Positions 1 to 10,457 of a stretch of DNA of 64,000 nucleotides are shown here, piece after piece. Every line of letters begins with the position of its first letter. Position 1 is the first letter of the stretch. Source of the DNA: the human T2T-CHM13v2.0 reference genome, Homo sapiens. The notes under the pieces are model-generated. The model ran no database searches, was not told the origin of the DNA, and saw only the letters and a list, made by a program, of their open reading frames with translations. Where the stretch lies: assembly GCF_009914755.1 (NCBI RefSeq), contig NC_060936.1. One strand, written 5' to 3'. The translations under genes and the position numbers were made by a program.

Positions 1-1879
1 AACCTTATGAAGAAATCTTAGAGTCTATATAATCCCATTCCTTTTTCCTCTGTCATTTTAAAGATTAAGCTAAAGGCTTTATGCAAGGTCACAGTTAATT
101 AATAGTGAAAATGGACCAGATTGAAAGATCTTCCTTTCAACTCAGTAGTTTCCCCTTAATTCATCCTATCTCACATTGTCACAAGCAATTCAGCTTTAAA
201 ATTTGTTGGGTTTTAGGGGCTGAAATCTGAAAATTTAACAATGTATTTTCAAGTATAAAATTTAAGCTTACTTTTGTAAGTGAGCATTTATACGAGTTCA
301 TACTGTTCAAAGGAGGTAAAATGTGAATATTTCTTCTAAGCATTAAACCCACCATTTGAAGTCATGGACAATAAACCATTTATTCATGAATACAACCCTC
401 TCGGTGTGCAATTTCTCACATATATGATTTCATTTCAAAAACACAACTTGAACTATTTTCATGGTAATATAACATTACAATACTGCAAGTGGTTCATAAA
501 CAAAGGAAAAAGTCCCATGTTGTACCATTTGAGGATTCACTCATAAATCTGAGTTGCAGATCTAATTTCTGAAATATTTCATTATTGTGTCAGACATTGC
601 AAATTAACAAGAATTTTTCTATTAGGGAAATCTGAAAGCCATACCAGTTAGCACTAATGAGATGTGAACTCAGAATAAGCTTGACAATTAAATAATTCAA
701 AAGTTATATAAAAAGCAAATCTATTTAAAAATTAATTTCCCCCAATAACGTACTACAATTTTCAATTTGTAAATCACTCTAGGAGTGATTTTGTGGGGCT
801 TCACTTCTATGCCTTAATATTTTGAAAGAAAATATTGTGCCCAAGTGAGACATAAGAAAGGAATATGTCATTTAATCTAAGAACATAAAGTTAATGATTA
901 AAATAAATAAATTTTGTCCCTTAGGAACGCATACAATAACTGTTTAAGTCTACTAGTGGATCAGTACTCCACATCATGGGGCTCAGTCAACATGGACTTG
1001 TCTAGCCATCTCTACTGAAGTTGGCATTTTTATTACAGTAACATTGATTAAGGGACATAAAGACTGGCTAACTGAAGCATATACTATCTGTTTCAACAGC
1101 TTTCATAATCTTAGCTGAATCTCTTGAAATGTGGGTAAAAAGTAGAAAAAAGGAAAAAGAAGTCTTTATATCAAGTAGCATTCATAGAATGGGTGATCCC
1201 AGAGGTCTCTTCTTCCTGAATCTCCTTGACAAATTTTGTGACAAGGCAATTCACCTCCTCACAAAGCCTCTTCTTCCATTGTCAGGTAGCTTTCATTTAT
1301 TAGGGAATTTGTTTTCCTATACTTTCCAAAAATCAGTGATGGTTCTGTCTTCTGGGACCCCATAGAACAAGTCCAGCTCCTTTTTGTATCTAACAGATAT
1401 ACAAAGACTACTAACATAGCTGTTGACATCTCTTTGCAGGTGATTGGAATTGCTATTATGGGTAAGGAGAAGGACAGGCGGAGTTGCCATGGGTTTGATG
1501 ATGCTCCTGGTACCTGGCTGCTATCAAATTAAAGGCAGTGGGAAAAAAGACAGTGCAACCTGGCAGGGGATCTTGGCTTATTGTCACTGATCTATACCCC
1601 CGCAACCATTTCTCTCTGCGTTCTCTTCCTTTACATTCATACGTGGAATGGGTGGATCTAAACCCGTGAGAAATAAAATAGGAAATGTGCCAAGAGCCCC
1701 AGAAATAGATTATGAAGGGCCAGAAAAAGAGAAAAGGGAGAATAATGAAGGAAAGAAATCAGAGAAGCTTAAGGGAGAGATTTCATCCTATAAGAAAATT
1801 AAATAAACACCTACTGAAATACATAGCCCACTATTGGCTAAAAAATTGGAATCTGGATTAATATAAGTGGTTTAGAAAG

Positions 1880-2131
1880 TAGCAGTATGCATACTTTCTA
1901 CACCATTTCATGCAGATAGGTGAGGTGACAACATCAGGTTCAGTGTAGCAAGGAAGGAGAGTCGAGAATCTGAGCTCTGAAAGAGAATGGAAGGTGGCTG
2001 AGAGAAGCACCCTAAGGGGGACTCCGAGCGCTGTTGGGAGAGGGTGCAGCCACACGCACATGTAGTGCTGGTTTGGGCATGAATGCATGCTCTCCTGGGT
2101 GAGTCCCTGGCCTGTTGTGTGTGTGAGGGAG
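1880..2131 (+). repeat. Inverted repeat arm A (~252 bp)
   Basis: Reverse complement of 9096-9346; manual alignment gives about 19 differences (1 indel) over ~252 bp; similarity stops abruptly at both ends. Confidence 0.95.
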
Positions 2132-2299
2132 ATTGCTGTGTGTTGTGTTTGGAGATTCTGATGGCTTATAATACATGAATATTTATACAAAACAACCTCA
2201 TTAACTTCCTTACAAACTGTATTTTCTTGCTGATTTTACTATATCAAGTCATTCATTTGAGAAATATTTATACAACACTCAGAAGAAACATTTTGAATG

Positions 2300-2810
2300 G
2301 GAGGAGATATTTAAAAAAATAAGTACACTAACAACTCTGCTTTTGAGGCACTCACAGCTTTGAGCAAATGATATGAACAGATAAATTATGATATCATGGT
2401 GTAATAATATTTTGGAGCTATGGGAGCAGGGAGACCAGTGCAAGAGTCCTTTCAACAATACTAGAGAAGTCTCACTGATGACCTAATGTTTGAGCTGAGT
2501 ATTGAGAGATAAATTGTAGCTTATAAAAAAAAATGGAGTGAGCGGGAATGTTTTAGGAAATGGGAAGAATTTATGTATAGGCAGTATCATGAAAGGACCC
2601 GGTATGTCCACGACTTGAGAAACATTCAGTGAGGCAGTAGAGGGAGAGAGAAGAGATGATTTGAAAGACAGAGTGCATTGGATTGTGAAGAGCTTTGTTT
2701 GGCAAACCATAAAGCTTTATTCAATATCCAACAAGAAGCAAGAGGTTTTGTTTGCTGTTGTTGTTTTTTGTTTTTGTTATTGTGTTTTACTTGAGGAGTG
2801 AAGCCTAAAA
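2300..2810 (-). mobile_element. L2 LINE fragment (continues at ~8580-8960 and ~10555-10665)
   Basis: Degenerate purine-rich L2-like sequence (gtttgagctgag..., gattgtgaagagctttg); boundaries approximate. Confidence 0.6.
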
Positions 2811-2819
2811 GATATTTTA

Positions 2820-2919
2820 TTTTGCTTTTTTGGACCTTTAAATTTTATTGTAAATTGACAAGTTATAATTTTAGATATTTATACCATAACACAACAAAGT
2901 GATGTTATGATTAGGTATA
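2820..2919 (-). mobile_element. L1MA-type 3' end fragment, left part (host of the HERV-H insertion)
   Basis: T-rich tail then ...caacaaagtgatgttatgattaggtata, which reads on collinearly at 8357 (gtatacgatgtggaatgg...aatcaagctaattaatatatccatcacc). Confidence 0.75.
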
Positions 2920-3353
2920 TGTCAGGCCTCTGAGCCCAAGCCAAGCCATCGCACCCCCTGTGACTTGCATGTATATGCCCAGATGGCCTGAAGTAACTGA
3001 AGAATCACAAAAGAAGTGAAAAGGCCCTGCCCCGCCTTAACTGATGACATTCCACCATTGTGATTTGTTCCTGCCCCACCTTAACTGAGTGATTAACCCT
3101 GTGAATTTCCTTCTCCTGGCTCAGAAGCTCCCCCACTGAGCACCTTGTGACCCCCGCCCCTGCCCACCAGAGAACAACCCCCTTTGACTGTAATTTTCCA
3201 TTACCTTCCCAAATCCTATAAAATGGCCCCACCCCTATCTCCCTTTGCTGACTCTCTTTTTGGACTCAGCCCACCTGCACCCAGGTGAAATAAACAGCTT
3301 TATTGTTCACACAAAGCCTGTTTGGTGGTCTCTTCATACGGACGCGCATGACA
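2920..3353 (+). mobile_element. HERV-H 5' LTR (LTR7 family)
   Basis: Starts TGTCAGGCCTCTGAGCCCAAGCC, ends ...GCATGACA; TATAAAA 3217-3223; AATAAA 3289-3294; immediately followed by the PBS. Confidence 0.97.
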
Positions 3354-3355
3354 TT

Positions 3356-3373
3356 TGGTGCCGTGACTCGGAT
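3356..3373 (+). promoter_or_regulatory. Primer binding site, tRNA-His
   Basis: TGGTGCCGTGACTCGGAT, the 18-nt complement of the tRNA-His 3' end, diagnostic of HERV-H. Confidence 0.97.
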
Positions 3374-3496
3374 CAGGTGACCTCCCTTGGGAGATCAATC
3401 CCCCGTCCTCCTGCTCTTTGCTCCGTTAGAAAGTTCCACCTACAACCTCAGGTCCTCAGACTGACAAGCCCAAGAAACATCTCACCAATTTCAAAT

Positions 3497-3505
3497 CCGG
3501 TAAGC
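3497..3505 (+). promoter_or_regulatory. HERV-H major splice donor
   Basis: CCG|GTAAGC (GT at 3500-3501), ~145 nt downstream of the LTR, at the expected position. Confidence 0.8.
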
Positions 3506-3816
3506 GGCCTCTTTTTACTCTCTTCTCCAACCTCCCTCACTATCCTTCAACCTCTTTCTCCTTTCATTCTTGGCACCACACTTCAATCTCTCCCTTCTCT
3601 TAATTTCAATTCCTTTCGTTTTCTGGTAGAGACAAAGGAGACACGTTTCATCTGTGGACCCGAAACTCTGGCGCCAGTCACGGACTGGGAAGGCAGTCTT
3701 CCCTTGGTGTTTAATCATTGCAGGGGCACCTCTCTGATTATTCACCCACGTTTCAAGGGTGTCAGACCACGCAGGGACGCCTGCCTTGGTCCTTCACCCT
3801 TAGCAGCAAGTCCCAC

Positions 3817-4100
3817 TTTTCTAGGGAAGGGGCAAGTACCCCAACCCCTTCTCTCCTTGTCTCTACCCCTTCTCTGCTTTTCTGGGGAAGGGGCAAGTAC
3901 CCCAACCCCTTCTCTCCTTGTCTCTACTCCTTCTCTGCTTTTCTGGGGAAGGGGGAAGTACCCCAACCTCTTCTCTCCTTGTCTCTACCCCTTCTCTGCT
4001 TTTCTGGGGAAGGGGCAAGTACCCCAACCCCTTCTCTCCTTTTCTCTACCCCTTCTCTGCTTTTCTAGGGGAGGGGCAAGTACCCCTCAACCCCTTCTCC
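3817..4100 (+). repeat. 61-bp tandem repeat in the HERV-H leader (4 full copies + 1 partial)
   Basis: Unit ttttctggggaaggggcaagtaccccaaccccttctctccttgtctctaccccttctctgc starting at 3817, 3878, 3939, 4000 and 4061. Confidence 0.92.
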
Positions 4101-4144
4101 TTCACCCTTAGCAGCAAGTCCCGCTTTTCTAGGGGGGCAAGAAC

Positions 4145-4300
4145 CCCCAATCCCTTATTTCCACACCCCGACCTCTTATCTCTGTGCCCCAATCCCTTAT
4201 TTCCACACCCTGACCTCTTATCTCTGTGCCCCAATCCCTTATTTCTGCACCCCAACCTCTTATCTCTGTGCCCCAATTCCTTATTTCCATGCCCCAACCC
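4145..4300 (+). repeat. 42-bp tandem repeat in the HERV-H leader (~3.5 copies)
   Basis: Unit ccccaatcccttatttccacaccccgacctcttatctctgtg. Confidence 0.9.
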
Positions 4301-5242
4301 TTTCTCTGCTTTTCTGGAGGGCAAGAAACCCCTACCCCTTCTCCATGTCTCTACTCTTTTCTCTGGGCTTGCCTCCTTCACTATGGGCAAGCTTCCACCT
4401 TCCATTCCTCTTTCTTCTCCCTTAGCCTATATTCTTAAGAACTTAAAACCTCTTCAACTCTCTCCTGACCTAAAATCTAAGCATCTCATTTTCATCTGCA
4501 ATGCCGCTTGACCCCAATACAAACTCGACGGTAGTTCCAAATAGTCGGAAAATGGCACTTTCAATTTTTCCATCCTACAAGATCTAAATAATTCTTGTCG
4601 TAAAATGGGCAAATGGTCTGAGATGCCTGACGTCCAGGCATTCTTTTACACATCAGTCCCTTCCTAGTCTCTGTGCCCAGTGCAACTCATCCCAAATCTT
4701 CCTTCTTTCCCTCCCACCTGTCCCCTCAGTCCCAACCCCAAGCATCGCTGAGTCTTTCTAATCTTCCTTTTCTACAGACCCATCTGATCTCTCCCCTCCT
4801 CACCAGGCCAAGCTAGGTCCCAATTCTTCCTCAGCCTCTGCTCCTCCACCCTATAATCTTTTTATCACCTCCCCTCCTCACACCTGGTCCGGCTTACAGT
4901 TTCGTTCTGTGACTAGCCCTCCCCCACCTGCCCCAGCAATTTACTCTTAAAAAGTGGCTGGAGCCAAAGGCATAGTCAAGGTTAATGCTCCTTTTTCTTT
5001 ATCCCAAATCAGATAGCGTTTAGGCTCTTTTTCATCAAATATAAAAACCCAGCCCAGTTCATGGCTCATTTGGCAGCAACCCTGAGACACTTTACAGCCC
5101 TAGCCCCTAAAAGGTCAAAAGGCCGTCTTATTCTCAATATACATTTTATTACCCAATCTGCTCCCGACATTAAATAAAACCCCAAAAATTAGAATCTGGC
5201 CTTCAAACCCCACAACAGGACTTAAGTAACCTCACCTTCAAG

Positions 5243-5569
5243 GTGTACAATAATAAAAAAAAAGTTGCAATTCCTTGCCTCCACTGTAGACAAACCCCAG
5301 CCACATCTCCAGCACACAAGAACTTCCAAACGCCTGAACCACAGCGGCCAGGCATTCCTCCAGAACCTCCTCCCCCAGGAACTTGCCACAAGTGCCAGAA
5401 ATCTGACCACCAGGCCAAGGAATGCCCACAGCCCAGGATTCCTCCTAAGCCGTGTCCCATCTGTGCGGGACACCACTGGAAATCGGACTGTTCAACTCAC
5501 CTGGCAGCCACTCCCAGAGCCCCTGGAACTCTGGCCCAAGGCTCTCTGACTGACTCCTTCTTGGCTTAG
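5243..5569 (+). pseudogene. gag: HERV-H gag C-terminal remnant (nucleocapsid zinc knuckles)
   Basis: CHKCQKSDHQAKEC (CX2CX4HX4C) and CPICAGHHWKSDC; upstream gag is broken by stops and frameshifts. Confidence 0.88.
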
Positions 5570-5649
5570 CGGCTGAAGACTGATGCTGCCTGATCGCCTC
5601 AGAAGCCCTGTAGACCATCACAGACGCCGAGCTTTAGGTAACTCTCACA

Positions 5650-5920
5650 GTGGAGGTTAAGTCCGTCCCCTTCTTAATCAATACGGAGGCTACCCACCCC
5701 ACATTACCTTCTTTTCAAGGGCCTGTTTCCCTTGCCTCCATAACTGTTGTGGGTATTGACAGCCAGGCTTCTAAACCTCTTAAAACCCCCCAACTCTGGT
5801 GCCAACTTAGACAATACTCTTTTATGCACTCTTTTTTTAGTTATCCCCACCTGCCCAGTTCCCTTATTAGGCCGAGATATTTTAACCAAATTATCTGCTT
5901 CCCTGACTATTCCTGGACTA
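5650..5920 (+). pseudogene. pro: HERV-H protease remnant, inactive
   Basis: FLINTEAT at the position of the aspartyl-protease D-T-G motif; frameshift in the T run near 5835 before the P-L-L-G-R-D-like motif (cccttattaggccgagat). Confidence 0.8.
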
Positions 5921-6028
5921 TAGCCGCATCTCATTGCTGCCCTTCTTCCCAACCCAAAGCCTCCTTTGCGTCGTCTTCTTGTATTCCCCCACCTTAACCC
6001 ACAAGTATAAGATACCTCTACTCCCTCC

Positions 6029-7760
6029 TTGGCGACCGATCATGCACCCATTACCATCTCATTAAAACCTAATCACCCTTACCCCACTCAATGCCAATAT
6101 CCCATCCCACAGCATGCTTTGAAAGGATTAAAGCCTGTTATCACTCGCCTGCTACAGCATGGCCTTTTAAAGCCTATAAACTCTCTTACAATTACCCCAT
6201 TTTACCTGTCCTAAAACCAGACAAGCCTTACAAGTTAGTTCAGGATCTATGCCTTATCAACCAAATTGTTTTGCCTATCCACCCCATGGTGCCAAACCCA
6301 TACACTCTCTTATCCTCAATACCTCCCTCCACAATCCATTATTCTGTTCTGGATCTCAAACATACTTTCTTTACTATTCCTTTGCACCCATCATCCCAGC
6401 CTCTCTTCACTTTCACTTGGACTGACCCTGACACCCATCAGGCTCAGCAAATTACCTGGGCTGTACTGCCGCAAGGCTTCACAGACAGACCCCATTACTT
6501 CAGTCAGGCCCAAATTTCTTCCTCATCTGTTACCTATCTCGGCATAATTCTCGTAAAAACACACGTGCTCTCCCTGCTGATCGTGTTCGATTAATCTCCC
6601 AAACCTCAATCCCTTACAAAACAACAACTCCTTTCCTTCCTAGGCATGGTTAGTGCAGTCAGAATTCTTACACAAGAGCCAGGACCGCACCTGTAGCCTT
6701 TCTGTCCAAACAACTTGACCTTACTGTTTTAGCCTAGCCCTCACGTCTGCGTGCAGCAGCTGCCGCTGCTTTAATACTTTTAGAGGCCCTCAAAATCACA
6801 AACTATGCTCAACTCACTCGCTACATTTCTCATAACTTCCAAAATCTATTTTCTTCCTCATACCTGATGCATATACTTTCTGCTCCCCGGCTCCTTCAGC
6901 TGTACTCACTCTTTGTTAAGTCCCACAATTACCATTGTTCCTGGCCTGGACTTCAATCCGGCCTCCCACATTATTCCTCATACCACACCTGACCCTCATG
7001 ACTGCATCTCTCTGATCCACCTGATGTTCATCCCGTTTCCCCACATTTCCTTCCCTGTTTCTCACCCTGATCACTCTTGATTTATTGATGGCAGTTCCAC
7101 CAGGCCTAATCACCACACACCAGCAAAGGCAGGCTATGCTACAGTACAAACCACTAGCCCACCTCTTAGAACCTTTCGTTTCCTTTCCATCATAGAAATC
7201 TATCCTCAAGGAAATAACTTCTCAGTGTTCCATCTGCTATTCTATCTGCTATTCTACTACTCCTCAAGGATCATTCAGGCCCCCTCCCTTCCCTTCACAT
7301 CAAGCTCGAGGATTTGCCCCCATCCAGGACTGGCAAATTAGCTTTACTCAACACGACCTAAGTCACAAAAACCAAAATACCTCTTAGTCTAAGTAGACAC
7401 TTTCACTAGATAGGTAGAGGCCTTTCCTACAGGGTCTGAGAAGGCCACCGCAGTCATTTCTTCCCTTCTGTCAGACATAATTCCTCAGTTTAGCCTTCCC
7501 ACCTCTATACAGTCTGATAACAGACCAGCCTTTATTAGTCAAATCAGCCAAGCATTTTTTCAGGCTCTTAGTATTCAGTGACGGACTAATGGTCTATTAA
7601 AAACACACCTCGCCAAGCTCAGCCACCAACTTAAAAAGGACTGGACAATACTTTTACCACTTTCTCTTCTCAGAAGCCAGACCTGTCCTCAGAATGCTAC
7701 AAGGTACAGCCCATTTGAGCTTCTGTATAGACGCTCCTTTTCATTAGGTCCCAGTCTCAT
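6029..7760 (+). pseudogene. pol: HERV-H pol remnants (RT, RNase H, integrase) with deletions and stops
   Basis: YKLVQDL..., SVLDLKHTFFTIPL and WAVLPQGF motifs; the YxDD segment is absent after PHYFSQA; FIDGSS (RNase H) at ~7081; integrase-like sequence ~7300-7750. Confidence 0.88.
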
Positions 7761-8356
7761 TCCAGACACCAGACCAACTTGGACTGTGCCCCCAAATAAC
7801 GTGTCATCCCTACTATCTTCTGTCCAGTCATACTCCTATTCACCGTTCTCAACTACTCATACATGCTCTGCTCTCGTTTACATTGCTGATTTACACTGTT
7901 TATCCAAGCCATCACAGCTGATATCTCCTCATGCTATCCCCAAACTGCCACTCTTAATTCTTGAAGTAAATAAATAATCTTTGCTGGCAGGACTATGCCG
8001 AACCTCTGTAGGCACTCTCTAATTAGATGTCCTAGGTCCTCCCAATTCTTAGACCTTTTATACCTGTTTTTCTCCTTCTCTTATCCCATTTAGTTTTTCA
8101 ATTCATACAAAACCATATCCAGGCCATCACCAATCATTCTATACGACAAATGTTTCTTCTAACAACCTCACAATATCACCCCTTACCACAAGATCTTCCT
8201 TCAGCTTAATCTCTCCCACTCTAGGTTCCCACACCGCCACTAATCCCGCTCGAAGCAGCCCTGAGAAACATCGCCCATTCTCTCTCCATACCACCCCCAA
8301 AAATTTGCGCCACCCCAACACTTCAACACTATTTTGTTTTATTTTTCTTATTAATA

Positions 8357-8560
8357 GTATACGATGTGGAATGGGGTTAAATCAAGCTAATTAATATATC
8401 CATCACCACAAGTACTTATAATTGTTTTATGGTAAGAACATTTGAAATTTACCCTCTTAGCAATTTTAAAATCTGTGATACACTTAATTATAGTTACCAA
8501 GCTGTATGATAGATCACAAAAGTCTTATCTCTCCTATCTAACTAGAGCTTTGACCAACAG
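8357..8560 (-). mobile_element. L1MA-type 3' end fragment, right part
   Basis: ggtaagaacatttgaaatttaccctcttagcaatttt is typical L1MA 3' UTR antisense sequence; continues 2820-2919. Confidence 0.75.
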
Positions 8561-9095
8561 TTCTCAAAAATATGTTAGAAGGAAGGTTTCTCTGGAGTCA
8601 ATGTGAGATATATAGGTGAAAAAATATCAGGAGACCTTTTCAATAGTTCTGGGAAGATGATGCAGGTTTGAATTGAAAAGCAGTGGCAGCAAAGATAGAA
8701 AAAATACACTTTTAAGAGTGCTTTCTGAGACATAACTTAAATTTGGCATCTAACTGGATGTCGATGATGAAAGAAAGGCAAATGGGCTTGTTCAAGCTTC
8801 TGAATAGGAGACTGGTTGGAGGGTTGCACCCTTATTGAGATTTAGATTATAGAAAGCTAATATTTTTAAAGAAATTACATTTGAGGCCCCTGCATACATT
8901 GAAGCAAAGACTGCTATAGACTGTGTGATATTTTGGTATGTAGACTGGAAAAGACAAACACAAAGTCCGGCATACAGGCATTTAGTTTGTTTACTGCCTC
9001 TGAGCACCCTGTCTCAGGGAGCACCATTCACATCATGGATATAGGTGCTGGAGGCTCCTAGAGCAGTGATGGGGGGCTGTCTCCTATACACATCC

Positions 9096-9346
9096 CTCCC
9101 TCACACACACAACAGGCCAGGGACTCACCCAGGAGAGCATGCATTCATGCCCAAACCAACATCACATGTGCGTGTGGCTACACCCTCTCCCAGTAGTGCT
9201 CAGGGTCCCCCTTGGGGTGCTTCTTTTGCCACCTTCCATTCTCTTTCAGAGCTCAGATTCTCGACTCTCATTCCTTGCGACACTGAACCTGATGTTGTCA
9301 CCTCACCTATCTGCATGAAACAGTGTATGAAGTATGCATACTGCTA
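9096..9346 (-). repeat. Inverted repeat arm B (~251 bp)
   Basis: Reverse complement of 1880-2131. Confidence 0.95.
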
Positions 9347-9489
9347 GAGGCAAGTGAGAGCTTGGCATCTGGGGAAGGAGGATGTATGAGTGGGCAGGTG
9401 TGTGTGTGTATATGTGTGTATGCATGTGTGTGTGCACTCATGTGTACGTCTATGTAGAAAGTGCCCACAAGCTGTTCATGTTGTGCAAT

Positions 9490-10457
9490 TGTGGGGAAAA
9501 GAAAGAGAGATCAGATTGTTACTGTGTCTGTGTAGAAAGAAGTAGACATACAAGACTCCATTTTGTTCTGTACTAAGAAAAATTCTTCTGCCTTGAGATG
9601 CTGTTAATCTGTAACCCTACCCCCAACCCTGTGCTCTCTGAAACATGTGCTGTGTCAATTCAGGGTTAAATGGATTAAGGGCTGTGCAAGGTGTACTTTG
9701 TTAAACAGATGCTTGAAGGTAGCATGCTCGTTAAGAGTCATCACCACTCCCTAATCTCAGGTACCCAGGGACACAAAACACTGAGGAAGGCCGCAGGGAC
9801 CTCTGCCTAGGAAAGCCAGGTATTGTCCAAGGTTTCTCCCCATGTGATAGTCTGAAATATGGCCTCGTGGGAAGGGAAAGACCTGACCGTCCCCCAGCCC
9901 GTAAAGGGACACCCATAAAGGGTCTGTGCTGAGGAGGATTAGTAAAAAAGGAAGGAACGCCTCTTTGCAGTTGAGACAAGAGAAGGCATCTGTCTCCTGC
10001 CGTCCCTGGGCAATGGAATGTCTCAGTGTAAAACCTGATTGTATATTCCATCTACTGAGATAGGGGAAAACCGCCTTAGGGCTGGAGGTGGGACATGCGA
10101 GCAGCAATACTGCTCTTTAAGGCATTGAGATGTTTATGTGTATACATATCTAAAGCACAGCACTTAATTCTTTACCTTGTTTATGATGCAGAGACCTTTG
10201 CTCACGTGTTTACCTGCTGACCTTCTCTCCACCATTATCCTATGACCCTGCCACATCCCACTCTCCGAGAAACACCCAAGAATGATCAATAAATACTAAG
10301 GGAACTCAGAGGCCGGTGGGATCCTCCGTATGCTGAACACTGGTCCCCTGGGCCCCCTTTTTTCTTTCTCTATACTTTGTGTCTCTTTCTTTTCTAAGTC
10401 TCTCGTTCCACCTAATGAGAAACACCCACAGGTGTGGAGGGGCAACCCACCCCTTCA
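9490..10457 (+). mobile_element. HERV-K(HML-2) solo LTR (LTR5 family), 968 bp
   Basis: TGTGGGGAAAAGAAAGAGAGATCAGATTGTTACTG...GGCAACCCACCCCTTCA; perfect 6-bp TSD tgcaat (9484-9489 / 10458-10463); AATAAA 10288-10293. Confidence 0.97.

Larger units (their letters stand above)
3354..8356 (+). mobile_element. HERV-H internal region (common deleted, non-coding type); no 3' LTR
   Basis: C/T-rich leader followed by gag, pro and pol remnants; ends ...ttttatttttcttattaata and joins host DNA at the TSD copy gtata (8357-8361; 5' copy 2915-2919). Confidence 0.95.

Noticed and set aside
3817-4300. Regularly spaced repeats resembling a CRISPR array
   Set aside because: Head-to-tail units with no unique spacers, located inside a primate endogenous retrovirus, with no cas genes.
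3245-4511. Long ORFs (288, 197, 116 aa) in the HERV-H leader
   Set aside because: Non-ATG starts and low-complexity translation of C/T-rich tandem repeats; not gag.
1858-9347. Two similar ORFs (1858-2190 minus, 9045-9347 plus) sharing ATFHSLSELRFSTL...EPDVVTSPICMK, suggesting paralogous micro-proteins
   Set aside because: The similarity is simply the inverted repeat. An indel puts the N-terminal halves in different frames, one ORF uses a non-ATG start, and there is no recognisable domain.
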